In this document: piece by piece, positions 11,901-24,342 of the stretch
How the letters are laid out: the number at the start of each line of letters is the position of its first letter
Position numbering within the stretch: position 1 is the first letter of the stretch
From: Octopus bimaculoides
Lineage: Eukaryota
Length of the DNA: 48,197 nt
NCBI RefSeq assembly: GCF_001194135.2
Contig: NC_068983.1
Span: 137,507,169-137,555,365 of the forward strand
Direction of reading: 5' to 3'
Position numbers and translations under genes: made by a program
Notes under the pieces: generated by a model
Told to the model about the DNA's origin: nothing
Seen by the model: the letters and a program-made list of their open reading frames with translations, nothing else
Databases searched by the model: none

Positions 11901-13380
11901 AAAAATCATGTTTGGTTGACCTTTGACTCCACTGCCACCCTCAGGCTAATGTCTTCCTGCACACTATAATATCCATCAGGCTTGTAACACACACACAAAC
12001 ACTCGCCATCACATCAGTGTGTTTACATAAATACATCTGTATACATCCACTTTTTTTCTTATTTTGATCATTGAATCTGGAAGAACAGAGCCTGTGAGCC
12101 TTGTGGGTCCTCTGATATGCTGAGATTGATGTTATTAATATTAATTTTAAACTGTTGTAGGGCAATTCCTGTAAGAAAGACCTAAGTAAGAATGTCTTGG
12201 GGAGGAAGGATTGGAAATAGTGGTTTGTGTGAGAAAGGTGGTTGGGTAGGGTAGATGCACCAAAGGTGATGAGAGATAAAGAGGTGAGCAGGTCGGTGAT
12301 GCCTGAGTAAATATACCCATGCATTGCAGCCCTATATTAAGAGCCACACTTACCAACACTTGTACATAACTATGTCCACAAGCATGTTTGTGCACACACA
12401 CATGCAAACTATTATCAACACCTCTTACATACTCATCCATATTCATAAGATACACTGCCTATTCTAAAATCATGTTACTATGTGTGCACACACACACACA
12501 CACACATGTATGCATATAGGGAATAAATGTCAAATTGAAGAAGAAGACAAAAAAGAACTCAATACAAAAGTGTAGAGTCTGATATCTTAATTAAATAGAT
12601 GAAGTATCCCTCAGTTACATTACAACTTATAGTTTCATCATTTCCAGTTCCTCAAGTAATGGTTAAAATCTTCCTCTCATGTTGATTGTTAGAATAATAA
12701 TGAAGAAAAATGTTGTCTCCTTATTGTTTGAATTGTCAGACTTGTGTTTCTACTGCCTTTCTGTTGCATTACTTTTGTGTTGGTGTATTCACTTCTGTAT
12801 TGAAATACATGCATCTTTATGTATCTATGAATGTTGGTGTATTTAACAATATTGTTTTTAGTATATGGTTACAGATATTTTATTTTAAATATTCATTTGA
12901 CTAATAATGTATTTCTATATTTCCCTTGTACCTAATCTATTGCTGTGAAATCTTTCCCACCCCTCATCTTCCTAACACCCATCCTTCCATGACTCTTCTA
13001 ACTATGGCTGCAACCATACAAGAGCAGAATCTGCATGTCTCCTCACCCTCTTGTGCTATTAGTTAGCTCTCCCTGGAGCAGATGTTTCACAAATGTCATA
13101 TTGGCAGTGTGATGGAACTCCACAATTTCTACCAGAGCTGACCATGTTGAGACATGCTTATCAACCTCTGCATTTTGTCCAGTTTTTACTATGGCAAATT
13201 TGTGAGAAACAAAGCAGGTTATCATTTTTGGGGCTACACACACACGCACGCGCATTTATAAAAAGTCACTCAACGTAACAAATATAAAACAATCTTTAAA
13301 CATACTTGTGTGCTGTTTCCGCCTTTATTTTTTTAGCTACAACTTTTGATTTGTATAGATACTTAACTCCTTTTTCAACT

Positions 13381-13441
<61 letters not shown>
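13381..13441. repeat. (TA)n(CA)n microsatellite
   Basis: Directly visible. Confidence 0.95.
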
Positions 13442-13443
<2 letters not shown>

Positions 13444-13650
13444 CATCATTTAGTGTCTGTTTTCCATGCTGGCATGAGTTAGATGGTTTGACTAGAACTG
13501 GTAAGCCAGATAGCTGTACCAGGTTCCAGTCTGATTTTAGCTTGGTTTCTGTGGCTGGATGCATTTTCTAACACCAACCACTCCAAGAGTGTCTTTGGAA
13601 CAGGTTTCTTTGTGTCACTGTCACGGGTGCCTTTTACATGCCATTGGCAT
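13442..13650 (-). mobile_element. RTE-tail SINE / LINE 3' UTR copy
   Basis: catcatttagtgtctgttttccatgctggcatg...ggatgcattttctaacaccaaccactcc is the reverse complement of the RTE tail at 11380-11539. Confidence 0.75.
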
Positions 13651-14219
13651 GGGTGCTTGTGTATATATATATATAAAGAGAAAGAGAGTTGGTGATAAAA
13701 CAGGCATTGGACTGTAGAAGCTATGTCAAATAATTGAAGCATATGATTGAGATTGTCGACTCTGCAACCTGCATCACAACTACCTGTTTAGACAGTTAAT
13801 AATTGTTAATATGAACTGAATATAGGGTAGATAGAGACTTTTGTTCTTCCTACATCTGGCAACCCCAGTAGTGCCGTTGGCTCAATAAAATCAGTTATTC
13901 CACACTGTAAGACATACACACCAGCAAAATTTGTCATTTTCCTCTGTTCTTCTCATTTTGTAGGCTCTTTGCAAAATGACATAGAGTGGGACAAATGAAC
14001 TATTCAAACCTGCCAGAATGGAAAATGGATATCAAGTTATGTTAATTTTGTGTGTGTGTATGTGTACTACAATAAACACATCTTGTTACATAGATAAGCT
14101 GTTTTAACCTGGCTTGTGAATCTCATGTCTACTTTTTCATGTGTCTGAAATCAAGTTTTGGATATTGCTGTTATATAAATAATTTTCATTTTAGTAAAAA
14201 AAAAAAATTTTATTTATAG

Positions 14220-14401
14220 TTGCAGACAGATAATTTAATGGAAGATCATTATGGAAAAACTGAAAAATTGCAAAATAAAATGATGTATGTTATGAATAAC
14301 TCTTCTGCAACTGTGCACATTGCAGATGAATCACCTCTTCAACCATCAGCACCAAAAGTCCAGAAAAGGCAGATCAATGATCAGCAATTAGATGATAATT
14401 G
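14220..14401 (+). CDS. BTB gene 1, exon 2
   Basis: Acceptor tttatag| at 14219; open frame LQTDNLMEDHY...DDNW; phase-2 donor TG|GTATGT; the same intron position is used in paralogs 2 and 3. Confidence 0.75.
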
Positions 14402-14494
14402 GTATGTGATAATTAAAATTGGAATTTTGGTAATTAAATTTGCATCCTATTTGTGTGTATTTCATTTATATTATTTACAAATTTTACATTTTAG

Positions 14495-14756
14495 GCAAAT
14501 AAATATTGTTCCAGCATCTCAGGTATCTGCAAAATCTATCCAGGATACTTCTCACACGACAGTCCAGCAACATTCAAGTGTTGCCGAAACATCTCAAATA
14601 AAAGTGTCTAAAAGAAAACCTGTGGAAAAAAATCCACGGAAACAGATATTTGTAATTGCTGATTATCAGCGCCATGTGATGTCTAACATTGCTTCGCTGT
14701 GGAAGGATAGAAAACTGTGTGATGCTAGTATTAGTAATGGTTCATCTGCTGTGATG
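14495..14756 (+). CDS. BTB gene 1, exon 3 (N-terminal part of BTB)
   Basis: Acceptor ttttag|G; encodes ...ADYQRHVMSNIASLWKDRKLCDASISNGSSAVM; donor ATG|GTAAGT (phase 0). Confidence 0.85.
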
Positions 14757-15439
14757 GTAAGTATATTGCTTTTTAAAACTTTAGCATTTAGAAAGGCCTG
14801 CACTTGATGACACAATAGATGCACAGGCATAATAGATGGCCCCACCCAATTTCCATAGTGCATATTCAAGAAAAAGAGTTTTAGTGCATAAAAGCATGTA
14901 ATATTTAAAGTAATCTAGTATATATTACAAAACATTAGAGAAATATTTTAGCTATAGCAGAAAACATCACTGCATATAAAAACTGAAAATAAATTAAGGA
15001 ATCATGCTAGTGAAAATATTCTACATGATTACAGTAATAAAACATACAAGAAAATACAAGCTTATGGGAGGCCCAACTTTTTGAAACATTTTTTTTGGTA
15101 AAAAAGTACATCTTATATGCCATCAAAATATGTTAGCTCCAAATGTCCAGTAAACAAGTTTTCCTTTCTCAGCGTGTTTTATAATATTTATCAAACAGTT
15201 TCTTAAGATTTTTAAAGTTAACTGCACATCATATTGATATAAATTTTTTCTAATTGCTAATAAAGATACACAAATCAAAATAACTTGAATTTTACTAATC
15301 TTCCATTAGAGACAATTGTTTTCCTGTTTGGAATTGAATATTTTGGGGATGGGAGAGAAAAACAAGAAATAAAGACTTACTCCTTGGTTTTTATTTACTG
15401 TTAAGTTATTAGCATGTTTTATCATTTACTTTGTTTCAG

Positions 15440-16378
15440 GTACATAAAGTTGTCCTGTTTGCTGTGTGTCCAAAATTGTTGTCAGTATTTAGTACAAATA
15501 TCCACTCTCGCAATTTTCTTGTAATTAACTTTCCAGAGGAAGTAAGTACACAAGCTTTAAATGCCTTTGCTGAATACATGTACAATGGATTATTAGATCT
15601 TGATCCAGGTATTTTACATCAGTTGAAAATCATTGCAAAACATTTGGACATGAAAGAATTTGAACAACTGTGTAATAGTCGTCTTCCATATAAAATATCT
15701 CAACCATCTATTTCAACATCTACTCTATTAGGTGACCATTGCAGCACACAGACCGAACTATCAGTTCCACCAGTTCAACCACCTCTACCGTCATCATCCA
15801 TCATTTCAGTTACATCTCAGTCTACTCCATCCATCACTATACAAGCATTTGATATTAAACAAGAGCCTTCTGAGACTGAATTACCAACTGTCTTCAGACA
15901 AGAATCTGAGATTGGACCACTGAATAGTAGTACAAATAACTCTTCTGAAAATGTTTGCATGGCTTCTAGTGTGAAAATTGAACCTGTAGGGCCCGAAGAT
16001 GACGAATATGGTCACCTGAATAAAGATTTTGATACATCTACAGTTTCAAATGAAGCAACAACAAATATAATACGTGGAATAACAGCTAAATTAAAATCTA
16101 ATGTATTTGAAAGTTCTCTAGTTTCTGACTTATCCCCTGTTTCATGCATTGTAGAAAAAATGTGTTCTCAGTCCAGTCCCATTAGAGAAGACCCTTCCAA
16201 ACCACTAAATCGAACTATAACAACTCAGTCAATTGACAACATTGTGACTTCTGGTAGTAATGAAGGTGTCTATCCTGTAGGACTTTTTAAAGCAGGAGGG
16301 GACGGTTTACCATTATCATCAACACAAGTTACCAATGTCAAAAGTATAAGTTTATATAAAACAAATGACCTTACTTGA
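15440..16378 (+). CDS. BTB gene 1, terminal exon (BTB core, SUMO-consensus tail)
   Basis: tttcag|GTA CAT AAA; VHKVVLFAVCPKL...AFAEYMYNG...LKIIAKHLDMKEFEQLC is a typical BTB/POZ core; IKQE and VKIE motifs; TGA 16376-16378; predicted 553-aa protein. Confidence 0.9.
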   Translation, partial: VHKVVLFAVCPKLLSVFSTNIHSRNFLVINFPEEVSTQALNAFAEYMYNGLLDLDPGILHQLKIIAKHLDMKEFEQLCNSRLPYKISQPSISTSTLLGDHCSTQTELSVPPVQPPLPSSSIISVTSQSTPSITIQAFDIKQEPSETELPTVFRQESEIGPLNSSTNNSSENVCMASSVKIEPVGPEDDEYGHLNKDFDTSTVSNEATTNIIRGITAKLKSNVFESSLVSDLSPVSCIVEKMCSQSSPIREDPSKPLNRTITTQSIDNIVTSGSNEGVYPVGLFKAGGDGLPLSSTQVTNVKSISLYKTNDLT

Positions 16379-16827
16379 CACCATAAAAATTAATCTTTTG
16401 CATATATATATATCTGACTGAGTATTTATATTTTGATAAATAATCATATTTGTATATTAAAAATTTCCAAAATAATTGTTTTCTTTGATTTCTCTGAAAA
16501 AAAAAATCTTTTTCTGTTTTGTAAGAATCTCTTTACAAATTTTAATTATAGCTAACAACCAGATTTTTTTTATTGTTGGATTTATCTATAGAATACCTAA
16601 ATCCACAAAGCCTTTGCACAAACTGTTTATAAGGAAACAAGATTTCTTATAAGTTCTCTACCATGATCTGTAAATTTATCCCAAAATTCTGTTACAGTCT
16701 TGTTTAATTTCATGTTCCTCATCCAAAATGGAGGCAAATACTAATGTTCCCTTGGAGCAAACTTAAAAATTAAGAGATCCCTCTTTCCATGAAATCATTA
16801 GTAGCTTTGTTAACTCATAAGAAAAGT

Positions 16828-16828
16828 A

Positions 16829-16878
<50 letters not shown>

Positions 16879-16898
16879 CACACACACACACACACACA
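16828..16898. repeat. Compound (GT)n(TA)n(CA)n microsatellite
   Basis: Directly visible. Confidence 0.95.
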
Positions 16899-16902
16899 TG
16901 TG

Positions 16903-18213
16903 CACATCATCATTTAATGTCCATTGCCCAGGCTTGCATAGGTTGGACAGTTTGACCAGGGCTGGTAAGCTGAGGGGCTTCACCAGACTCCGGTCTGATT
17001 TGGCATGGTATATTGGCTGCTCTTCCTAATGCCAACCATTCTGAGAGTGTAATGGGTGGTTTTACATGCCATCAGCACAGGTGTCAGTTACGCAACAATG
17101 TCATTGGGCACATTGTCTCTGTGAAGCCCAACACTCAACAGGTGCTTTTTATGTGCCAATTATGTGACACTGGCATTGGCCATAACTACGATTTCACTTA
17201 ACTTGACGGGTCTTCTTGAGCACAGCATATCACCAAAGGTCTTCGTCACTAGTCATTGCCTCCATGAGGCCCAATGTTTGAAGATCATGCTTCACCACCT
17301 TGTCCCATGTCTTACTGGGTCTACCTTTTCCACAGATTCCGTCCATGGTTAGAGATCAGCACTTCTTTATACAGCTGTCCTTATCCTTATGCATCGCATG
17401 ACTATACTATTGCAGTCCTCTCTTGCACACCACATCTGATGCCTCTTGTGCTCAACATTTCTCTCAAGGTGCTTACACTCTGTTGTACGTGCACATCCAG
17501 AGAACGCATGCTAGCTTTGTTTCTTTCAAGCCTATCATGCTCTTGGTGGTCACAGCCCATGTTTCACAGGTATCATACAGTCCACCTTTCACTCCGAGGG
17601 AGAGGCCCTGTGTTGCCAGCACAGGTAGGACCTCTCTGAACTTTGCCCAGCCTATTCTTATTCTTGCAGCTATGCTCTCGGAGCATCCACCTCTACTACT
17701 GACTTGGTTGCCTAGGCAACAGAAGTTATCAACTACCTCCAGCTTAAATACTGGCATTTGATAGTCTATTTCCTGTACATTTTTAGTGTTTATTGTACCT
17801 GTGCACTTTCCACACACAAAACCTATTTCCTCAGATATTGCTGCGCCATTTATGTGTCCATAGCTTGCACCTGGTACATCTCATGGAATTTCTGCCTACA
17901 CCTTTCCTGCAGATCAAGCAGGGCTGTCTACTTGAGGGGATTTGTGGTTTGTTTTCTTTCCTACTTAGTATGACTTTGGTTTTTACTAAGTTAACTCTAA
18001 GGCCCTTCAATTCTAGACCTTGCTTTCACACCTGAAGACTCGTTCTCTACTTCTGGTAGTGATTCAGCAATAAGAACAAGGTCATCAGTGTAGAGGAGCT
18101 CCCAGGGGCAGCCTGACTTGAATTCCTCTGTTATTGCTTGAAGGACTATAATGAACAAGAGGAGGCTGATGACCGATCCTTGGTGAACCCAAACTTGTAC
18201 TCTGATTTCATCT
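16903..18213 (-). mobile_element. RTE LINE, 5'-truncated and degenerate (RT, C-terminus, 3' UTR)
   Basis: Minus translation VHQGSVISLLLFIIVLQAITEEFKSGCPWELLYTDDLVLIAES; ORF 17473-17817 FCCLGNQVSSRGGCSESIAARIRIGWAKFREVLPVL; catcatcatttaatgtcc tail. Confidence 0.9.
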
Positions 18214-18239
18214 GTACCCTATATATATTCTTTTTTTTT

Positions 18240-18603
18240 TCAATCATTTGACTGCAGCCATGCTGGAGCACTGTCTTTAGTCGAACAGGTCAACCCCAGG
18301 ACTTGTTCTTTGTAAGCCTAGTACTTATTCTATTGTTCTCTTTTGCCGAAACACTAAGTTACAGGAGCATAAACACACCAACATCTGTTGTCAAATGACG
18401 GTGCAGGGGTAAACACAGATACACACAAATGTATATATATTATACGACGGACTTCTTTCAGTTTCCGTCTACCAAATCCACTCACAAGGATTTAGTTGGC
18501 CTGAGGCTATAGTAGAAATTACTTGCCCAAGGTGTCATGCAGTGGGATTGAACCCAGAACCATGTGGTTGGGAAGCAAGCTTCTTACCACACAGCCACTC
18601 CTA
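18240..18603 (-). mobile_element. tRNA-derived SINE (cephalopod-type)
   Basis: catttgactgcagccatgctggagcac...gggattgaacccagaaccatgtggttgggaagcaagcttcttaccacacagcc; plus-strand relatives at 32815-33165 and 45720-45955. Confidence 0.8.
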
Positions 18604-19993
18604 TATATATTCTTTTACTTTTACATGTTTCACTCATTTGACTGTAGCCATGCTGGAGCACCATATATATACAGGGTTGACCAACAGTAAATCAAAATTC
18701 CATAAGTACTTAATATTCAATTTATTTATTCCGATTATAAGTATTTAATAAATGAATGCTGTGAGTTAGATTCACTGTTTTTATTTTTTTTCAACGTTTG
18801 TCTATTTGTTAGCAAAGTCTCATATAAAATAATTTTTTGTTTTAATCTTGGAATTAAACTTTTAGCCAACCCTGTATATATCATCATCATCGTTTAACGT
18901 CCGCTTTCCATATATATCTATATATATATGTATTACAGTAGTGGGCCTTTCAGCCTGGTCTGTATGGTGTTGACATGTATTCATAAGGCGCATATTAGCA
19001 TTTATCATAATGCCCATTTTTCTTACAATAAAAGTTGTTAAAAAAGTATTTAAATATTGCATAACATAATTTTACAAATTTATTTAGAACTAGTAGAGAT
19101 ACCTGGCATTGCTTGAGATTAAAATGACAGTTTTTTATTCTTTTACTTGTTTCAGTTATTTGACTGTAGTCATGCTGGAGCACTGCCTTTAGTCAAACAG
19201 AAAGCAGGTGGGAGGGAAAAAGAATGAAAGAAAGGAAGGGAGGGAGGGATGGGGAAAAAAGAAAGATGGAAGGAGAAAGAACAAAAGAAAGACGACAGAC
19301 TAAAAGAGAGGAACTATTACCAAGGGTGAGAGAAATTATATGTAAGCAAGAGAAACAGTATGAGGGAAGGGAGAGAATCGGTTGAAAACTGCAGTTTTTA
19401 GAAAAAAAAAAACCCTTGTAAAACACCTTTATTCCCTGTTTCTCCCTTTACGCAGGATGATGATGATGATATCTGAATTGTCATCCCAAAACATGGTTTA
19501 GGTTTCATTATGCACAACCACTCTTTTTGACATTGATGTGTAATATTTAGTTACTCAGTAAGGCACTGATCTCTCCATGAGATCCAGAAAATCTTCATAA
19601 TCTCCATATTTGGCATTTTGACTTTACAATTTAAATTATAAAAGTATTTTTTCAAGCAAAATCTTTTTGCAGTAGTTAATAGATAGTTGTGCAAGCTACT
19701 ATGTTGTACAAGAAAAGAATAAAATAAAGAGTGGAAGATTTCTGGAAAAATTGGATGTGGAACAGGAGGGGTAAAGCAGTAATCACACAATTTTTCCCAA
19801 ATTTGATGATTAGAAGGTGATCACAAGTTGTGACATTATTCCTGAAATTTGTCAGCACTTGGTTGCATTAAAAACCAAATTCAATGATTTTGATGGTATG
19901 TTGTTTGATAATGTTACCTTGTATAGTTCATAACTTCTAAAATAAATTATAAACTTTAATGGTGATGTCTTATAAAGATGAATTGGTCAAACT

Positions 19994-20193
19994 CATCATC
20001 ATCATCATCATTTAATGTCCGCTTTCCATGCTAGCATGGGTTGGACGATTTGACTGAGGACTGGCGAACCAGATGGCTACACCAGGCTCCAATCTGATCT
20101 GGCAGAGTTTCTATAGCTGGATGCCCTTCCTAACGCCAACCACTCCGAAATTGTAGTGGGTGCTTTTATGTGCCACCGGCACGAAGGCCAGTC
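19994..20193 (-). mobile_element. RTE 3' UTR / RTE-tail SINE copy
   Basis: Near-exact reverse complement of 11335-11539, including the (CAT)n tail. Confidence 0.85.
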
Positions 20194-21294
20194 TTCAACA
20201 ATTCTTTGAGACAAATTTAATTCTTAAAATAGCAACTTTTTGAATGTTTTCGTCTGGACTGATCAAAGGAGTTTTTNNNNNNNNNNNNNNNNNNNNNNNN
20301 NNNNNNNNNNNNNNNNNNNNNNNNNNNNNNNNNNNNNNNNNNNNNNNNNNNNNNNNNNNNNNNNNNNNNNNNNNNNNNNNNNNNNNNNNNNNNNNNNNNN
20401 NNNNNNNNNNNNNNNNNNNNNNNNNNNNNNNNNNNNNNNNNNNNNNNNNNNNNNNNNNNNNNNNNNNNNNNNNNNNNNNCCAAAGATAAGAACCTTGCAT
20501 TTTTTGGCATCAAAACCCTCCAAAACTGAAGAAAAGCTAATAGGAGTTTGAATGATTGATGTACTCTCACTGACTGTGTTTGATTTTGGTATCTGTTCTT
20601 CATTAGTTCATAAATAAGTGGAAAAATATTACATGCTAGTTTTATTATTGTCATTAGAACTTAATATTTAAAAACTGTTTTTGTTGTTCCTTCTTAGTTG
20701 GTCGTTTTATTATGATAGCATCATTATTTAACGTCTGTCTTCCACATTGGCATAAGTTGGATGGTTAGACAGGATCCAATGAAACTGGAGGACTGTGTTG
20801 AGCTCCAATGCTTGCTTTGGCATGGTTTCTATGGCTAGATACCCTTCCTAACATCAGCCAATTGAGTATATTGGGTGCTTTTCTTGTGATCTCCACACTA
20901 GTGAGGTCATCAAATAACTTGTAAGACAAAAATACTCCTTGACTGGGCACATAAACTAAAATTACTGAATGAAACAGAATAGGGTGAACTTATTTTGCAA
21001 AAGTTGCAGGAGAGGATTGGTGGTAAAGGGAATAAAAACGGCTAAGAGCTCCTTTGTTAGAATTTAGTAATAATATAGGCTTCTTTTGGAGCCCATCAGA
21101 TTACAATTCCATAAATTGTGATAGATACCAAAATTTTTCTGTGGTTCACTACATCCATTTGTGAGATGTTACAAATGTAACCTGTAAACTTGGATAGAAT
21201 TTCTGAGCATGGTAACGTACATGGAAAGTTAAACCCCCTTAATATGTTGGGAAGGAAGAATAGTGGACGATTGGTTTCAAGATGGAACTGGCTA

Positions 21295-21756
21295 AATCAA
21301 AGCACTTCAATTTGGCTGTTTCCATTAAAGCACGTGTCTGTTACTTGTCAACTGTCAGTTGACAAAATCGGAGGAGGAGAAGAAAGCTAATGGGTTGTAC
21401 GTGGGTGCGTGCTGATTCTTGTTTATGTCTATTCTGTTTTTATGGATTTATTTGTTGTGGAATATAGATATAACGAAATTATGCCAGCAATGTCTCATTT
21501 TAAACTTGAAGGCGAAAAGGCGGATATTTAGGTAATCGTACCGAAAGATCGCCGGCTTTTTTTTTTCAAGTTTAAAATGAAACATTGCTGGCATAATTTC
21601 GTTATATCTATATTCCACAACACATAAATCCATAAAAACAGAACAGACATAAACAAGAATAAGCACGCACCCACGTACAACCCATTAGCTTTCTTCTGCA
21701 GTTGACAAGACAGACACATGCTTTCACGGATACAGCCGAATTGAAGTGTTTTGATT
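21295..21756. repeat. About 460-bp foldback palindrome (MITE-like)
   Basis: Arms about 200 bp, near-perfect between 21381-21510 and 21565-21692; loop about 54 nt. Confidence 0.9.
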
Positions 21757-22873
21757 CTGTCGAATCATCAAAAGAATACCAAAAAAAAAAAAATAGTTGA
21801 AAATCACTGATCTAAACAGACTAAGAATCTCGGGAACTAGTGACGATCTGCTTCAGCAAAAATCAGTTCATGATGTTCGATGTAAGTTTGAAAACACGAA
21901 TTCTAAAGTTTCGAATATAGCCATTTTTCGGAGAGAGGTAGATAATTCACATATTTGAAGTAAGAGCTAAACTGTAAATAATCTGAATGTCATTTGAAGT
22001 CGTGAAATCATCGTGGGCGGCCACAGGAATTTAAAGTTCCGATTTAGAATATTTTCCAGGCTAAAAAGTAAATAAGAAATAAAAGCGATGTTACTGTGGA
22101 AGTCGAGTTGAGATTTAAAAGAAAAACATTCAGTATATCTACAACATATAAAAGTGGCAACTGTTAAAATATTTGTTATACAACAAAGTACTACTAATTA
22201 AAATATGAATTTACCAAGATTATTTTATTCTGAAAGTGTGGAAAGGCGAGTTTGTTTCTTTCACGCCAACTCGGCAAAGTGTTGATAGTAAGCAACGAAA
22301 CTGACCTGAAAGAGATCGTAAAAAGAAAAGTTAACAGTTGGTCAGCATTATAGGATAAGATCTCGAAATGTAACCCTATAAATTATTTTTTCTTTTCGTT
22401 TTAATGATTGTCGTTCTGTCCCAAGTCAACTATGACCGGAGATCTATGATCAGAAGCATTCAGGGTAAGGACCGTTCCATCTTTTAGGAAGTATAGGCTT
22501 ATAATAGGTTTACTTAATATAAAGTATCCTTTCCTTATTTAAGAAGGTAGGATGTGATTTGAAGGAGATCTAAAAAAGATTGGTATAACTGGCTGATGTA
22601 ATAAGAGAACAAAACTGTTTTTTTGTTATAATCTACAGTAAAGTTTTAACAGTGAAAAATGCGGAAAAGTTTTTATTGGATCATGCGAACAGCTCTGCAC
22701 CGTTTCTGTTAGATTGTTACAATAACAAGTCAAGTCCTTGGGAGTATAAATTACATTTGTTATAAAAGATTTGACATCGGTAAAGGCAGACACTAATAAA
22801 ATAATAATAAAACGTATATAAAAATTTATCATCAACATTCAAAGTGGAGGTAAACGCTATATATTTGGACAAG

Positions 22874-23278
22874 ATGAGCAGAAAAAGACATGAGATGTCT
22901 GCCGAGGAGAGAGAGCAGGTGAGGGCGAAAGATAGACAAAGAAGAGCCAAGAAAAGGCAGGCGATGTCTCCTGAAGAAAGGGCAGAGCGATTAGCCATGG
23001 AAAGGCAAAGAATTGCCAGAATAAGACAGACGATGTCTGTTGAAAAAAGACAGGAGGTACGAGACAAGGAAAGGCTAAGAATGGCGAAAAGGAGGCAGGC
23101 GATGACTGATGAAGAGAGAAAGGAACTACTGGTCAAGGATAGGCTAAGATTCGCCAGGAAAAGGCTGGCACGACTTGCTGAAGAAGGGCAGGGTTTGCTG
23201 GCTAAAGACCGACAGATGAAGATGAGAAGGAAACAGATGGCCAGGAATGAGAACGTTAGAAATCAACAAAGAATGTTT
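22874..23278 (+). CDS. BTB gene 2, predicted exon 1: 4-5 STPR-like 23-aa repeats
   Basis: Repeats start at 22895, 22964, 23033, 23102 (69-nt period), e.g. MSPEERAERLAMERQRIARIRQT; strong phase-0 donor TTT|GTAAGT at 23279 matches the phase-0 acceptor at 27982; the link is inferred. Confidence 0.7.
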
Positions 23279-24072
23279 GTAAGTATATACAGGTGGATCA
23301 GCTCTCATCCGTTTAGGAGTTGTAAATATTTAATAACTTGTTTACCCAGCTTCACATTACTTTCAGTTTCGTAGATGCAGGTACATGCCTATATCTCAGA
23401 TGTGCATAGTCAGAATAAATATGTGTGTGAGCGCGCGCTGTTAAGTTTGACGAATTTACAAGTTATATAACCGAATTGTCTTCTCATTTTTGGTATAAGT
23501 GGCTGAGTATTCCAGAGATACTTACAACTTTAAGCAGGGCTGCTATTGAAACCTTCAGGATAACTCCAGTTAAGGTTTGGAAAAAAAGCTCCACATAATA
23601 AAGATATCTTTTTCAATAGAAATAGCAGTATTTTACTTAGCTTTAATACGTAGAACGAATGCTGGCAAATGTGGCACACTAGGTAAATTTGTTATGAAAT
23701 TGGAAAACAAATCGTATTTTTCGTTATGAAGTCTATCATTTACGTCTTTTAACTTGTACCAACCAGTATTCAGGAATATTTTCTGTAGAGTTAGGAAAAT
23801 TGTTTGCTGCTATATGAGAAGTTCTTCATTGATCATCCTGATCATTTAACTCTTTAGCATTCAGATTACTCTGTCAAATATAATGCTTCTTTATTCACAT
23901 TGTTTTGAAATAATCATGCATTATCTCATAGGCTTGAGATTTTGATGATGTGATTAATTTTAGAATGATATTGAATGGTAGGTATGAGGCGTGTAGGACA
24001 AAAGCCCCATGGTTAAAGTGTGAAAGTGGACAAAAGCCCCCATTTTTCGATTTTTTCCCCCCACCTTTTATT

Positions 24073-24342
24073 TGTTGCAGTTATTAGACTGCGGCTATGC
24101 TGTGGCACCAACTTGAAGAATTTTTAGTCGGATGTAACAATCCGAGAAAATTTTAAATGATTTTCAACCAGCGCATGAAGTTAAGACTAGACGGTATCTC
24201 CACATGCTTGAAATAACAGCCAAATCTCTTGAAATTTTTTATAACCCCCTCGGTTTTTTTTATTTTCTAAAAATCTTTTTACTTGTTTCAGTCATTGGAC
24301 TGCGGCCATGCTTGGGCACCAGCCTGAAGAATTTTTGGTCGC
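24073..24342 (-). repeat. Composite SINE-tail repeat; inverted partner of 25301-25594
   Basis: Reverse-complement similarity over about 270 bp (two gactgcggccatgctggggcacc-type tails with the same spacer). Confidence 0.7.

Noticed and set aside
14402-14494. 93-nt stop-free intron whose retention would add a hydrophobic 31-aa stretch to gene 1
   Set aside because: The equivalent introns in genes 2 and 3 are 89 and 94 nt and not frame-preserving, so this is probably chance.
22717-23136. Minus-strand hydrophobic ORFs (also 8962-9261 and 9089-9283)
   Set aside because: Antisense shadows of the purine-rich STPR-like exons; no independent evidence.
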